From a virus, in the IMG/VR virus record IMGVR_UViG_3300001200_000012, positions 1,483 through 65,482 of that record: a stretch of 64,000 nucleotides of DNA. One strand, written 5' to 3'. A program made the position numbers and the translations under genes. Below the pieces are notes generated by a model. It was not told the origin of the DNA and did not search any database. It saw nothing but the letters and a program-made list of their open reading frames with translations. This document shows, one piece after another, positions 45,218-56,500 of the stretch. Numbering within the stretch: position 1 is the stretch's first letter; the number at the start of each line of letters is the position of its first letter.

Positions 45218-45564
45218 TTCTTTTTACTCACTTTGGGCGGGTTTTCGCGTACCCAATCGTCGTAAAGCTCTTGCTTTTTACGTTCTTCCGCTTCAGCGGC
45301 CTGTTGGACAACTAATGCCGCTGCGTTGGCAGCTCTTTGCTCATCTGACATAAATAAAGTTTTCTTTATACTGGAAATAACTTTAATTGATCCATCCACC
45401 AAGTTCACCTTCGCGGATATTAAACCTTCAGTTGCGTAAACTTTACGCAATTCAACAAGCGCTTCAATTAAGTCTCCATCACCACCGTAAGCTTTTTGAA
45501 CAGCGACTTCAGCTGCTTCAATATTCGCAAGTTGTTCAGGCGTCATACCAGTCTCCATATTCAA
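45214..45564 (-). CDS. hypothetical protein
   Basis: Tiles between the tail chaperone and the lysis genes. Confidence 0.6.
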   Translation of the reverse strand: MNMETGMTPEQLANIEAAEVAVQKAYGGDGDLIEALVELRKVYATEGLISAKVNLVDGSIKVISSIKKTLFMSDEQRAANAAALVVQQAAEAEERKKQELYDDWVRENPPKVSKKK

Positions 45565-45595
45565 TTTTTGTCTATAATACTTGAAGCAACAAAAA

Positions 45596-45910
45596 TCAAC
45601 TGTTGGGTGTTGACTCAGGCCACTTCACTTTGTTGGGGTCTTTCCCATCTTCCATATCATCCACGATACGTCTTAACGCTTCACGATAAGGTTTGTATTG
45701 GGCTGCTTTCCCTGGACGTGCGTCAGGCATTTGGGTCCAATCCGTCTCACCCAATAATTTCCGCGCTTTGGCAATAACATCTCCACTGGTGATAGCTACT
45801 CTCATAACTTTTTTACGAGCGACTTCAGGGCGGCATTTATCGCAATCATTTTCACCCAAACAAAAAACAGGGCGTTCTCGAAAGCAATTTTTACATTTTA
45901 CTTTTTTCAT
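45596..45910 (-). CDS. tail fibre assembly chaperone-like protein
   Basis: LLGETDWTQMPD...YREALR...WP motif; follows the tail tip gene. Confidence 0.75.
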   Translation of the reverse strand: MKKVKCKNCFRERPVFCLGENDCDKCRPEVARKKVMRVAITSGDVIAKARKLLGETDWTQMPDARPGKAAQYKPYREALRRIVDDMEDGKDPNKVKWPESTPNS

Positions 45911-45911
45911 A

Positions 45912-48900
45912 TTAGCTTACCAAGTTAATAGGTTTGACGCGTGTAGTTGAGGTTTCAGCGCCTGGGGTAGCGGTCCGCGTACCTGATGATGTTTGAGTAG
46001 AGAATTTCACAGAGTTTAAATTTGTTATAGTGAAGTCTCCCCCTTCATCCAATCCGAAAGTTCCAAGAGTGGCGCTGTCTCTTATAGTACCTGTATGGTT
46101 GACTTGACCAATCTTTTTGTTAGTAAAACTATATGTTTGTGTACCACTGGTATGTCCAGGTATAATACCAACCGTACTATGACTGAACGTAATTTGAGGA
46201 CCTTCCACCCAAGAGGAGCCGTCATGGAACCAAGTTGTGGCAAATCCAATACCCAGATAGGAATAAATGCCGCCACCTTCATCAATCGCAAATACAGATA
46301 TAGAGCCTGTAGCGTAAAAAGAGTAAATATCATTGTAAGCATCATCTGTGTTAGCTTTAGCAACCATTTGTTGAGGTCCGGCGGGACTTGTAGCATTGGT
46401 TGATTCAGTTATCGACGTTGTACCTCCAGGAGTAATAATTTTCAACTCTGACGTAAAACCAGTACCACTTTTGTTAATAGCTCGCAAACGATAAGTCTCT
46501 CCGGCAGCGAGAGGGTCCAGACCCAAAGAAGAAAATTCAACATCATAATCTCCGATATCAATACCAAAATTAGTTACATCGCCATCAGACAAACTATATT
46601 CAGCGTCTTGTAACGCCAGTGGCCATCTTCCAGTTCCAGAGCTAAGGAATATTTGAGCACCAACTTCTAAGTCACCATAAACTTTAACGTTACCGCCAGA
46701 CACTTCAAGTGCCTTTATGAGTGAACCGTTCGCAGTATTATAGACGTGGAACTGTTCAGCACCGATAGCAACTGTGGATGCTGCATTGCCTCCAGGCATA
46801 AGGTCTGCTTGGGCACGTATAAACGCATCAGCTCCTGGAACAGATGTTTCAACGGACCAGTGAGCTTGAAGTCGTCCCTCGTTGATTGCGATTGCACTTT
46901 GGTTAACCGCGACTGTTGCTTCAATATCCACAATTCTTCCGGCATCAATTTCCATTTGGGTAGCAGCTCTAACACTCACTCTATGGAACTGTATTCTATT
47001 CTCTTGGGTTGTATCCCCTAATGATGACCAATGCCCTGCCACCCACAAAGCGATATTGTCAATAGCGGGATTGGTTGCATCTATTAAAACAGATACTGAT
47101 GACCTTTCCCCTATAACGCCGCTACCTATTACAGCGCCATTAGCCTCTTGTTCTGTTATTTTAATTTTCTTATCACCGAGATATACATTTAATTCATCAG
47201 TGTATCGCAAGCGGAAGCCTGCACCATCGTAAGACCCTTGTTGCAGTACAACGTCAAAACTCAAGACAAGCCAACCACGCGTTGTGATGTTAACAGCTAT
47301 GCCTCGATTGCTGTTGGCGGGGCTTGTTAAATCATAACAATTATCAGATATTAAACCTTGTGAGCGTGTACCTATATTACCAGACTGCGTCCCGCCGAAT
47401 AAATCCAACCATTGCGGGGGGATGCCACCACTATAATCAGCAAATGTTGAGTTCTCATTCAATGCTGCGTTAGCTATTTTAGCGGTAACATTTTTAATAT
47501 CTTCCGCTACAACAGCACTAGCGTCAGCTGATGCTGCGCTTGTGGAGCTTGCCGCAGCACTTCCCGCCGCCGCTGTCGCTTGATTAGTCGCTGTGGTAGC
47601 GCTAGCTGCGACATCTCCTGCTGAAACGGATGATTGAGAAGCGAAAGTTGATGCATTGCTTTCAGATGTCGCCGCATTTGTGGCGGACGTACTAGAAGCT
47701 GCGGCAAATGTTCCTGCGTCGGTAGCTGATACCGCCGCATTTGAGGCGTTAGTGGCAGCAGCAGTTGCGCTTAAATCTGCTAGATTTGACTCTGTTATGT
47801 CTCGTATCTTTAAGCTATAAACATGAGACACTGTAGAGGTGTCGTTACTCCTGTGACCCCCAGATATTTGGAAGCCTACAGCATCGGCAAATCTTGGGTG
47901 TTGAGTTGACCCTGCTGGCGCAGGGTCTAATCCCGTCAATAGAGCTGTATATACCTCTCTCGTTCCGTGGGTGCGAGGAGAGCCAAAGGGGGCAAACACT
48001 CCAAAGGCGGGAGGGGAGCCTGTTAAAAAGTTGCCAGCGGCGTCAACAGCATATACGACAATTTGCGGCACGATGTCACCAGCAGTTCCTGATATATATT
48101 CTATATCTAAATCAATTTTGTAAAGACGGTCTGGGGCATACGTTTTCTTAGCACCTGCGGCCTTGAAATTACCAGTTACAATTGCCTTCCCATCAACTAT
48201 AGGGAAGGTCATGTTAGGTCTATTTGCCCCTACTTGAACATCCGTCCACCCCGTTTCTGTAGGAAAGTCAAAATCAACGAAGGCTAACGAAGCAGTAACC
48301 TCTTCGTTAGAAGTCGCAGCAGCAGATGCAGACCCAGCCGCATTAGTTTCCGATACCGCAGCATTGCCTTCTGAAACACTAGCCGCTGCAGCGTCAGTAG
48401 CGGCTTGCGTGCTTGAGTTTTGTGCCGCTGTTGCGTGCTGTCCCGCGCTAGTATCTGATAAAGTCGCACTAGCTGCGGATGCAGCAGATGCAGCTTCTGA
48501 TGCAGCGGCTAAAATCTGATAGCTTTCCGCACCACTCTCTGCAGCCTCTGCTGCGGTCTGTGATGCCAGAGCAGAGGCGGCGCTTTGGGCAGCGGAGGCC
48601 GTTGTTCCGTAAGTCGTAACAAGGTCCGCTACTCCTTGAGTATTAGCTGCAATAATGGCACTAGCAGCAATATCTAAGTCGCCTAGACTGGTTGGGCGGT
48701 TATCAACACGGCTCCACTCAGGGTTCGGTAGCTCTGAGGCCTGTATTTGAATGGACGGAGGAGACGGAGAGCGAGTAGCCATGAATGCCGTTTCCACCCA
48801 ATAGAAACCTTCTTCAGATACTGTAAATTCGTTTACATCCGTATCACCTAAATATTCAGCAGAAGTAAAATCATTTGTTGTGTTTCTGTATATGCGATAC

Positions 48901-51788
48901 CTGAACGGACGCACGTCAATAGGGATAGCCCAACGAAGGACAGTCTGTAATGCTACGTTATCGCGATTATAAGTCAATCCCGTAACGTCCGGGAGTATCG
49001 CCGTAGGTCCCTCTAAGACAAAATCAACACTTTGTTTCCAAGGTCCTTTCTGCGCTAGTGCGTTAATACTTCTAACGCGGAACCGATACGTGCCGCTTAC
49101 TACATTATTCAGCTCCCGGCTAAGGGGTTCCGGTCCGTTTATGGGTTCCCAGGCGTCATCTTCTAATTGGTATTGACAATCATAATCGCTAACGCGAGGG
49201 TCATCGGCTCCCGTCCAGCTTACTCTCAACGCAGGGACTGCGCTGTTGCCCTGCTCTCGTAAAAACTCTTTAACTAGAACCGTAGCTGGGGGCGGTAATA
49301 CACCGGATGGGATGCCAACATACTCTGGCGGCTCTAAATCTATGTTTTGTTCGACGCGAGCGTATTTGTTTGGGTCGTGTATAAGACCCGTTAATTGATA
49401 TTCGTTTACATCAACTTCGGATATTGACATAATACGGAATTGACGCGCCGCGACTGTAGTTGTTTCAATAACCCAGATAGCTCCGGCCTTCGGTGAGGAA
49501 GGGAGAGCAGCAACAGTAACCGTGCTAATACCGTCTGTAGTGTTGACGCTGGATATAGCTCTTGACTTAACGTTTCCATCAGACATAGTCACATTAATAG
49601 ATGTACCGCCGATTGCGGACACGTCCCCATCCAGAACAATGTTCGTTGTTGTACTCCCAGTCCCACATCGTCCAGTCCGGCGGTCCGCAGTAAATAGAGG
49701 GTCAGAGACTTTAACGATTTGGCCGGGGTAGTGTTGTATGATATCAGCACCAACAACACAACTCATTTGTTCATTGGAGAACTGTTGGTCATCTCTTAAC
49801 CAGCGCCCAAAGCGCGCTGCTTGACCGCGTGAAGAACAACCGAAGGCAGAGACTTCGCTAGGCTTCCATCCCAATTCTCGTATCAAGTCCGCGTCTTCAA
49901 CAATCTCAAAATTCTGTTTATAGCCCTCGCTTGGGTCATTCCACGTAACTACCCAAGCGGAGAAGTCATTGGAGCGGGACCGCGTACTGTAATCAATTTT
50001 ACCATCAACTGTATTAGACGGACCTAGTAACTGAACAGCGTCTTCCGGCGCGTCTTGATGTACTCGTAAATTTTGAGTATTCCAGAACGTCATTGCGCGG
50101 AAAGAGGATGATAACGCTCTTAGGACTTGAAGTGCCTGGGTTCTCTTGTTGATTACGAGATTACAAGTGAAGCGCGGCTCTTGTCCGCCAAGTCCGTCAT
50201 CAACTAACTGGTCACAATATTTAGCTATTGTATAGAGTGCCCATTTATTAGGATGACCAGAAAGTGTTGAACCTAATCCGTACCGCCTATTGACGCACAA
50301 GTCGAAAAACACCCAAGCAGGGTTATCAGTCCAAGCAGTCTTGAACGTACCATCCCACTCACCGTTACTTGTTCCCGGACCTGACGTAGCATACACTTTC
50401 GTTATCGGGTCATAGTTAGTTGGAATACTTATCTTCAAGCCTTTCCAGATGTAGGAACGCTTAGGAATTTTGGTGCCGAACTGGCGCGCTGAGACAGTAA
50501 GACCTACACCAGCTGTATAAGGATACATTAACGGAGCGTCAACAATCTCCGTCAGGAATTTCCAATTGGTATCGTTGGAGATAGTCGCCGCAGTACCATC
50601 GGCTGTTAGGCGCGTCACCTTGATATCCCAAGGCGCTCCCCCTTCCGGGAGATTGATAGCGAAGTCTCTCAAATAAGGCGCAACTGTTTTCTGATTTACG
50701 AAGTTGGCGCGGTCATTCCCAACTCCTGAATAAATAGTCGTGAAACCACCCCCTGCGCTTTGAAGTTCGATGCGAACAGCTACAGAGCTTTTTAACAAAT
50801 CTCCGTTCTCTGTATCTTGTCTCCAGAGTGAGGGAATTTCCAATGTGACTTTCGCGCGAGTGGTATCAGGGTCAGTCACTGTTCTAATGACAGCACCCCC
50901 GGCTATACTTACCGGAACATTGACGCTGGTTGTTACAGCAGCAGAATTTTGTCCGGGAACAACGTGCTGGGTTGGATGACCTAATACAGTCTGGATATCA
51001 GCGCCGTGGAAGTTGTATGTACCATCGTCATTTTCTAGGGGGGTATCATTAAACTTAACCCAACGAAGGCCAGGGAGTGCCGGACCTTCACACTCACCTT
51101 CAGAGATAATATCAAGTATGCGTGCTGTGCTCTCGCTTTGAAGAGTGTTGGGGTCTTCTTGAGCCGCACGTTGTGAGCCACCGCCTTTACCCCCGCCCTC
51201 CAATAACCAGTTAACACTTTGTTGTGCGAAGCCACCAGTTGAACCGGAGCCGAACTTTCCACCATCAGACGGTAAACCGTTTGTGCCTCTGATATCGCCG
51301 CTCTCCAGAGACGAAGAAGCAACAATTGAACCCGTCTCCATAGTTCCGTAAACAAGCGGAACTGGATGACCTTGCTCAATCTGATTGACCGGACCGGAGA
51401 ATACAAAGCTGGCCTTTTCTTCTTCCCGCGCGTTAGGGTCTTGACCTACTGGCGGTATAGATAAACCAATGATGACACCAACTGCGGCAAGTAGGAACCC
51501 GCCCAAGATGATGAGTTCAATACCAGCGGCTTGGGCTGTTGGGATAAAATGAAGTTCTTTCGCACGTCCTATAGGAAATTGTAGATTGGGGCGAATAACA
51601 GCTTCACCCTTTTTGCTTCTCGCTGTTCGGCGCGTAACCAATTTCCAATTATGTTTTACTAAGTCCGCATTGAAGTCGGGAAAGCGCGCACACATAGCAG
51701 CACAAGCTTCGGCAGGGGTCCGAATATCTAACTTATGGTGAGTACCGTACTTCTCAGCCAGCTTTCCGTGTAGTCTAATCGTCTTCAT
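45912..51788 (-). CDS. tail tip/central fibre protein (lambda gpJ-like) with fused N-terminal gpI-like domain
   Basis: N-terminal IRLHGKL..KYG...PVPLVYG (gpI-like); GGKGGG, DIISEGE, WTDNPAW, EPRFTCN, FN3 segments, Ala/Ser coiled coils. Confidence 0.9.
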   Translation of the reverse strand: MKTIRLHGKLAEKYGTHHKLDIRTPAEACAAMCARFPDFNADLVKHNWKLVTRRTARSKKGEAVIRPNLQFPIGRAKELHFIPTAQAAGIELIILGGFLLAAVGVIIGLSIPPVGQDPNAREEEKASFVFSGPVNQIEQGHPVPLVYGTMETGSIVASSSLESGDIRGTNGLPSDGGKFGSGSTGGFAQQSVNWLLEGGGKGGGSQRAAQEDPNTLQSESTARILDIISEGECEGPALPGLRWVKFNDTPLENDDGTYNFHGADIQTVLGHPTQHVVPGQNSAAVTTSVNVPVSIAGGAVIRTVTDPDTTRAKVTLEIPSLWRQDTENGDLLKSSVAVRIELQSAGGGFTTIYSGVGNDRANFVNQKTVAPYLRDFAINLPEGGAPWDIKVTRLTADGTAATISNDTNWKFLTEIVDAPLMYPYTAGVGLTVSARQFGTKIPKRSYIWKGLKISIPTNYDPITKVYATSGPGTSNGEWDGTFKTAWTDNPAWVFFDLCVNRRYGLGSTLSGHPNKWALYTIAKYCDQLVDDGLGGQEPRFTCNLVINKRTQALQVLRALSSSFRAMTFWNTQNLRVHQDAPEDAVQLLGPSNTVDGKIDYSTRSRSNDFSAWVVTWNDPSEGYKQNFEIVEDADLIRELGWKPSEVSAFGCSSRGQAARFGRWLRDDQQFSNEQMSCVVGADIIQHYPGQIVKVSDPLFTADRRTGRCGTGSTTTNIVLDGDVSAIGGTSINVTMSDGNVKSRAISSVNTTDGISTVTVAALPSSPKAGAIWVIETTTVAARQFRIMSISEVDVNEYQLTGLIHDPNKYARVEQNIDLEPPEYVGIPSGVLPPPATVLVKEFLREQGNSAVPALRVSWTGADDPRVSDYDCQYQLEDDAWEPINGPEPLSRELNNVVSGTYRFRVRSINALAQKGPWKQSVDFVLEGPTAILPDVTGLTYNRDNVALQTVLRWAIPIDVRPFRYRIYRNTTNDFTSAEYLGDTDVNEFTVSEEGFYWVETAFMATRSPSPPSIQIQASELPNPEWSRVDNRPTSLGDLDIAASAIIAANTQGVADLVTTYGTTASAAQSAASALASQTAAEAAESGAESYQILAAASEAASAASAASATLSDTSAGQHATAAQNSSTQAATDAAAASVSEGNAAVSETNAAGSASAAATSNEEVTASLAFVDFDFPTETGWTDVQVGANRPNMTFPIVDGKAIVTGNFKAAGAKKTYAPDRLYKIDLDIEYISGTAGDIVPQIVVYAVDAAGNFLTGSPPAFGVFAPFGSPRTHGTREVYTALLTGLDPAPAGSTQHPRFADAVGFQISGGHRSNDTSTVSHVYSLKIRDITESNLADLSATAAATNASNAAVSATDAGTFAAASSTSATNAATSESNASTFASQSSVSAGDVAASATTATNQATAAAGSAAASSTSAASADASAVVAEDIKNVTAKIANAALNENSTFADYSGGIPPQWLDLFGGTQSGNIGTRSQGLISDNCYDLTSPANSNRGIAVNITTRGWLVLSFDVVLQQGSYDGAGFRLRYTDELNVYLGDKKIKITEQEANGAVIGSGVIGERSSVSVLIDATNPAIDNIALWVAGHWSSLGDTTQENRIQFHRVSVRAATQMEIDAGRIVDIEATVAVNQSAIAINEGRLQAHWSVETSVPGADAFIRAQADLMPGGNAASTVAIGAEQFHVYNTANGSLIKALEVSGGNVKVYGDLEVGAQIFLSSGTGRWPLALQDAEYSLSDGDVTNFGIDIGDYDVEFSSLGLDPLAAGETYRLRAINKSGTGFTSELKIITPGGTTSITESTNATSPAGPQQMVAKANTDDAYNDIYSFYATGSISVFAIDEGGGIYSYLGIGFATTWFHDGSSWVEGPQITFSHSTVGIIPGHTSGTQTYSFTNKKIGQVNHTGTIRDSATLGTFGLDEGGDFTITNLNSVKFSTQTSSGTRTATPGAETSTTRVKPINLVS

Positions 51789-52521
51789 GTCTTAAAAACA
51801 TCGGGTTGTAGTTCATCCACCTTGATAGAGGGTCGCGGCGGGAGAGCTTGGTTGGGTCGTAATACTTAGAGCTTGAGGCATGATGCCCTAAAAGTCCTGG
51901 CGAGTCAATAACGCCGCCATGATTAAAGACAGCAGACCGCACCGTGAAGAGGACAACGTCACCTTCACGGGCTTCCTCAGCCGGGACTTGGTGGAAGCGC
52001 GCCTTGGGGAACCCGTCTTGATACAAGTTCTTTCCCTTGGCCCACCATCCCCAGTCGCGAGAAAATTGCGGCAATCTGCGTCCCCTATTTATCCAATGCC
52101 AGTCGCGGATAAATTCATAACAATCCGTTATTCCATGGTGGAACGTTCTTCCGTATAACGGGACAGGTTCCAATTGGTCGCCCCAAATACAAACTGGGGT
52201 ACAACCCTTACCGTCTGTTGCGCACATCAAGAAAGGTAAGGCAACAGCTTCTTGGGCTTCCATATCAGTAGCCGTTATTGCGAAAGGGTGATCAGGATGC
52301 GAATGGAAAACAGCAGCCACCTTATCGTCCACGACAAGCGCGTCCCACTCATCGGGGCAAACGCTCGCACGTTCTGTTGAGAATATACCCGCGTTATTCT
52401 TCATGCGCTTATACGTCCCATCACGCAACACTACGCCAATCGCTTCGTTGGGGAAATCATCCAACGCGTGCTGTTGCATAGCTCTAACCAGCTCCGGCTT
52501 GAGAAGTTCTTCGCGCGTCAT
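51775..52521 (-). CDS. tail assembly protein K-like (JAB plus NlpC/P60)
   Basis: PNEAIG, FHSHP (JAB); DCYEFIRDW, NHGGV (NlpC/P60). Confidence 0.9.
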   Translation of the reverse strand: MTREELLKPELVRAMQQHALDDFPNEAIGVVLRDGTYKRMKNNAGIFSTERASVCPDEWDALVVDDKVAAVFHSHPDHPFAITATDMEAQEAVALPFLMCATDGKGCTPVCIWGDQLEPVPLYGRTFHHGITDCYEFIRDWHWINRGRRLPQFSRDWGWWAKGKNLYQDGFPKARFHQVPAEEAREGDVVLFTVRSAVFNHGGVIDSPGLLGHHASSSKYYDPTKLSRRDPLSRWMNYNPMFLRHEDD

Positions 52522-53237
52522 TTTACGCGCACCCTAGCCACGCCGGGAAAGCCGCCAAACGGAAGCTCACCAGATGGGAACCTAACCTTACAACACGTCC
52601 CTAACTTCTTACTATACTTCTCATCCTGGGGGTTTGTTACAGTGTCTCCATTCTCATCAAAATAATTCGAACCCGTATAGGGGCAAGTTGTATGCTCGTA
52701 ATCAAATGAAGTTCCATTCCAAGTCCGCGTAACGAAAGGACAAAACTCACGCATGATTTGCCGCCCCGGCAGCTTTCTATTCTCCTGGTCTAAGTAAGAC
52801 GCTAGTTCAAAGCTCACCACTTCATTATTTAATCCGGTGCGCTGGTTGATGAGGTAAGTTTCAATTGGATAAGTTTGACTTGTATCAGCTTCTGCCTCTC
52901 CATCCAAATAACGCTCATACGTCCTGATGCGCTTGACGACACAGCCCAATAGATTATTATTGTTGACTACAATCGGCGTAAGAATAGCTGACGTATTGCC
53001 TAAAGCAATAGAAGGTCTTGGATTGGGACCTTGACCGTTTATCTCCCAACCTTCCGTCTGTATAGGCCAAGGACTATAAACGTTACCGTCCCACGTCACT
53101 GCGTGAACCGAAGCACCCTCATCACCTTTTATTATCCGAAAGTAACCCGCATCATATTTAGTGAGGTCAAATTCGAATAATTCAATGAAACCGCCCAAGT
53201 CAGGGGTTTGTATCAGCTCTGGAATATCAGGCATCAA
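52518..53237 (-). CDS. minor tail protein L-like
   Basis: IELFEFDL, RIRTYERYLD, LPGRQI...C...CPY...CC..RF...PFGGFPG. Confidence 0.9.
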   Translation of the reverse strand: MMPDIPELIQTPDLGGFIELFEFDLTKYDAGYFRIIKGDEGASVHAVTWDGNVYSPWPIQTEGWEINGQGPNPRPSIALGNTSAILTPIVVNNNNLLGCVVKRIRTYERYLDGEAEADTSQTYPIETYLINQRTGLNNEVVSFELASYLDQENRKLPGRQIMREFCPFVTRTWNGTSFDYEHTTCPYTGSNYFDENGDTVTNPQDEKYSKKLGTCCKVRFPSGELPFGGFPGVARVRVK

Positions 53238-53565
53238 ATTCCTCTATTGCTGTGACTTGGCAATTGCGTAAGTCGTATGATGGCGCACCCATGGTGAAAT
53301 TATTAGCTGAAAACTTTTTAGAAGCGGTTGAGCCTTCAGGAACCCAATCAAAAGTTCCCGTGCCTTTCAATCCATCAAAGAAGTCCTTCAGTTGTTGTGC
53401 TTCGGCTCTTGTCACGTTACTCCACACTAACGTCCACTGCTGACGCACGGGGTTAATCTGCGTTGAGGAGCGCTGCGAATATCCATCACCGAATTGAGTA
53501 CGTTTTACGTTATACGTCTGCTGAAGCTGAACTCCATACGATAACACCACAGGGAAATTAGCCAT
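53227..53565 (-). CDS. minor tail protein M-like (distal tail)
   Basis: QFGDGYSQR...INP...W.L...FDW. Confidence 0.9.
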   Translation of the reverse strand: MANFPVVLSYGVQLQQTYNVKRTQFGDGYSQRSSTQINPVRQQWTLVWSNVTRAEAQQLKDFFDGLKGTGTFDWVPEGSTASKKFSANNFTMGAPSYDLRNCQVTAIEEFDA

Positions 53566-56500
53566 TTAACTTCTCCAATTTACCGCCTTGACGCATCTGT
53601 TTATTGATAACCTTCATTACTCCGGCTTCAAATTCTTTCGCAGCAGTCTGACCTGCTCTTTTCGCGTCTTCTTGATTTGTAGTACCGTGAAGGTGAATAT
53701 TAGTATCACCCATCTGTATAGACATGGGTTGCTGCTGACCCATAGAGAGATTGCCGAATGAACGGGGAGCGGAACGCCCAACACGTCCCCCGGTGGCGAA
53801 CTTGTCAGCGTTAATTGCTTCTAATAGCGGGAGATATTCCGATGTGGATTTAGCGTTGACGACAAACTCCCCATCCGATAGGCGTGCGAGAATACTGTCA
53901 GACGTACCGGAGCCAGGACCGTGTACTTGACCCCCGTCCGCGAATTTAAGGGCCACTGCCTGTATGTTAGATACGATGGATGCTGCTTGGGCAGCTACGC
54001 CAGCCGCCGCCGCGATATTCGCCGGGAACGGAAGCGCTAAGGCGTTTGCTATACCTTGCTGAATTTTAATAATTGAATCAGCAATAGCAAATGCTTTGCT
54101 GACTGCAAACATAGCTTTATATATGCCAGACTGCTCGCCAGCAAAGCTCTTAGCAATATCAGCTAGACTTCCAAAAGTATCTTCAGCAGATTGAAGCGCA
54201 AGAGAATATTGAGCAGCCTCCAACTCCCTTAATTGTCGTTGACGGTCTTCCTCAATCTCAAGCGAACGTTCCTTGTAACCTTCTTCGGATATGAGACGGG
54301 CTTCAAGAGCCTCATCTAAGAGCTGTTGACGCGAAGCGTATTGGTCTATAATCAATTGAGTTTCTGCGTCTTGGCCGAACTGACCACCAAGCTGTTGGTC
54401 TAGGTTATTCAATCCTTGCGCCAAAGCAGTATTATTTAATTCAAGGTTATACTCACGTTGAGTAATTAAACCCGCCGCCATTAATTGATTCAAAGCCGTT
54501 TGCTTCTGTAAGAACGAATCAATGGAACCGTTCAAGTCATCTAGTATCGTGGCGCGCCGTTCACTCTCTAATCTCTCTTGGGTTAGAACCTCAACGCGAG
54601 CACGTTCAGCATCTGTTAGCTTGCTCATCGCCGTTATTTGGGCTTCTGTCAAATTCAAATCAGAGTTTCTTAGCTTATCGGCTATCTGGTCTTCAATATT
54701 CAATACAGTGAGGTAGCGTTCACGCTCATCGCCCCGAAGAGATAAGGCTTCAGTTTGTTTAATAATAGATTGTGTGGTGTCGTCAATAAGGGCTTGACGT
54801 TCTTTGTCGATATTAAACTGCGCAACATCAGTACCTGTATTGCTTAGACCTACCCCGGTTCCGGCGATACTAGAATTGGCAGCAGCCGCTTCGGACGCAT
54901 TACGAGCGGCAGCGCGCGCTTCAGCACCTTCAAATATACCGTCAACAAATCCTTGTACGCCACTGAACTCCATACCGTCCCGGATGCCGTCTGATAAGGC
55001 TTGAGAGAACCTTTGACCTGCTCCTTCATATCCATTCTCCAATCGCCCAAGGGAGACATCCTGGATACGAGCGAAGTCTGACTCAAGGCTTTGCGGCAGG
55101 AAGAACTTTTGAACGTTTTCTGCTGCTGATACAATAGCGTTGATACCGTCCACAATCTTTTGAATCATGTACTCAACTGCGGTGATAGTAGCATTGACTG
55201 CTGATATCATAACGCTACCAAGAGCGCTACCCATATTGTTCCAAGTAGCTAATATGACGTTACCAGCTGAAAGGAAAGCGCCGATAATAAAATCAATACC
55301 AATAGCTATTCCTTTGATGACTCCAGCAAAACTAAATTCAAGGTCACCGAATATCTCTGACCCTTTCGCACCCATGCCGTCAAATACGGAGCCGAAGAAA
55401 GCGCCCACTTGGGTAAGAAGGTCTATGATAGCTCCGAACGTAACCACAGCAAAGTCTTCTAACGTTCCCAGGCGGTCAGCACCCAGGCTAATTTTGTCAG
55501 CGAAGCCTATGAGTAACACAACAGCAGTTGTTAGCGCCGTAACCACGAAGCCGATAGGGTTGGCAGCTATTACAAGCGTGAGGGTCTTTATAGCGCTTAT
55601 AGCTGCGGGAACGGCACCGAGAGCAAGGCGAACGCCTATGAGGATAACAAGACCTTGGAACACGTCAAATATCTTATCCGCGTTTGCTGTAAGAAAGCGG
55701 AAGAACTCTGTCAGGCCAGCAATAGCTCCCTTGAGCGCGGCTACAATTCCCTGGTCACCTAACTCCAATACAAGACCTTGGACCGCCGAACGGAAAGCCA
55801 ACGCAGCACCGTTGAGATTATCGTCCATAATCAACGCCATACGTTCGGCGGTCCCGGCGGCGTTATTTAGTTTCTCCTCAAGTGTCTCAACGTTCGGAAT
55901 TGATGAAGCGAGAACGGCGAAGGCTGGACCGCCGCGTTGACCGAATATCTCAAGCGCTTGTGCTGTAGTCAGTCCGGCATCAGTGAGGGCTTTTAATGCT
56001 CCGGTTAATCCCGCTGATGAGGGTCTAACCTGGTCCATACTGACGCCCAAGGCTCCGAATATCTCCTGCGCGCGCGTACCGGGTGATTCAAGCTCTGCCA
56101 GTACGCGACTTAATCCGGTCCCGGCGCGACTTCCTTGAATACCAGCATCACTTAGTGCGCCAATAGCGGCGGTGGTTTGTTCAAGGCTTATATTAAGACC
56201 TGCTGCCACGGGAGCAACGAACGAGAGCGCTTGACCTAACTGTTCAACAGAAGTGTTGGAGCTGTTACTAGCCTTGGCTAATACGTCAACGACACGTCCG
56301 GTCTGGTCCGTTTCCAAGCGGAACCCCTGAAGGACGTTAGACGCAATGTCCGCAGACCGCGCCAAGCCTAAGTTACCTGCTTGGGCTAGTTGTAACGTCC
56401 CTGGTAGCGCTTCATAAATCTCCTGTACTTCGAAACCCGCACGCGCCAAGAACGTCATACCTGATGCCGCTTCAGCAGCACTGAAACGAGTTGATTGACC

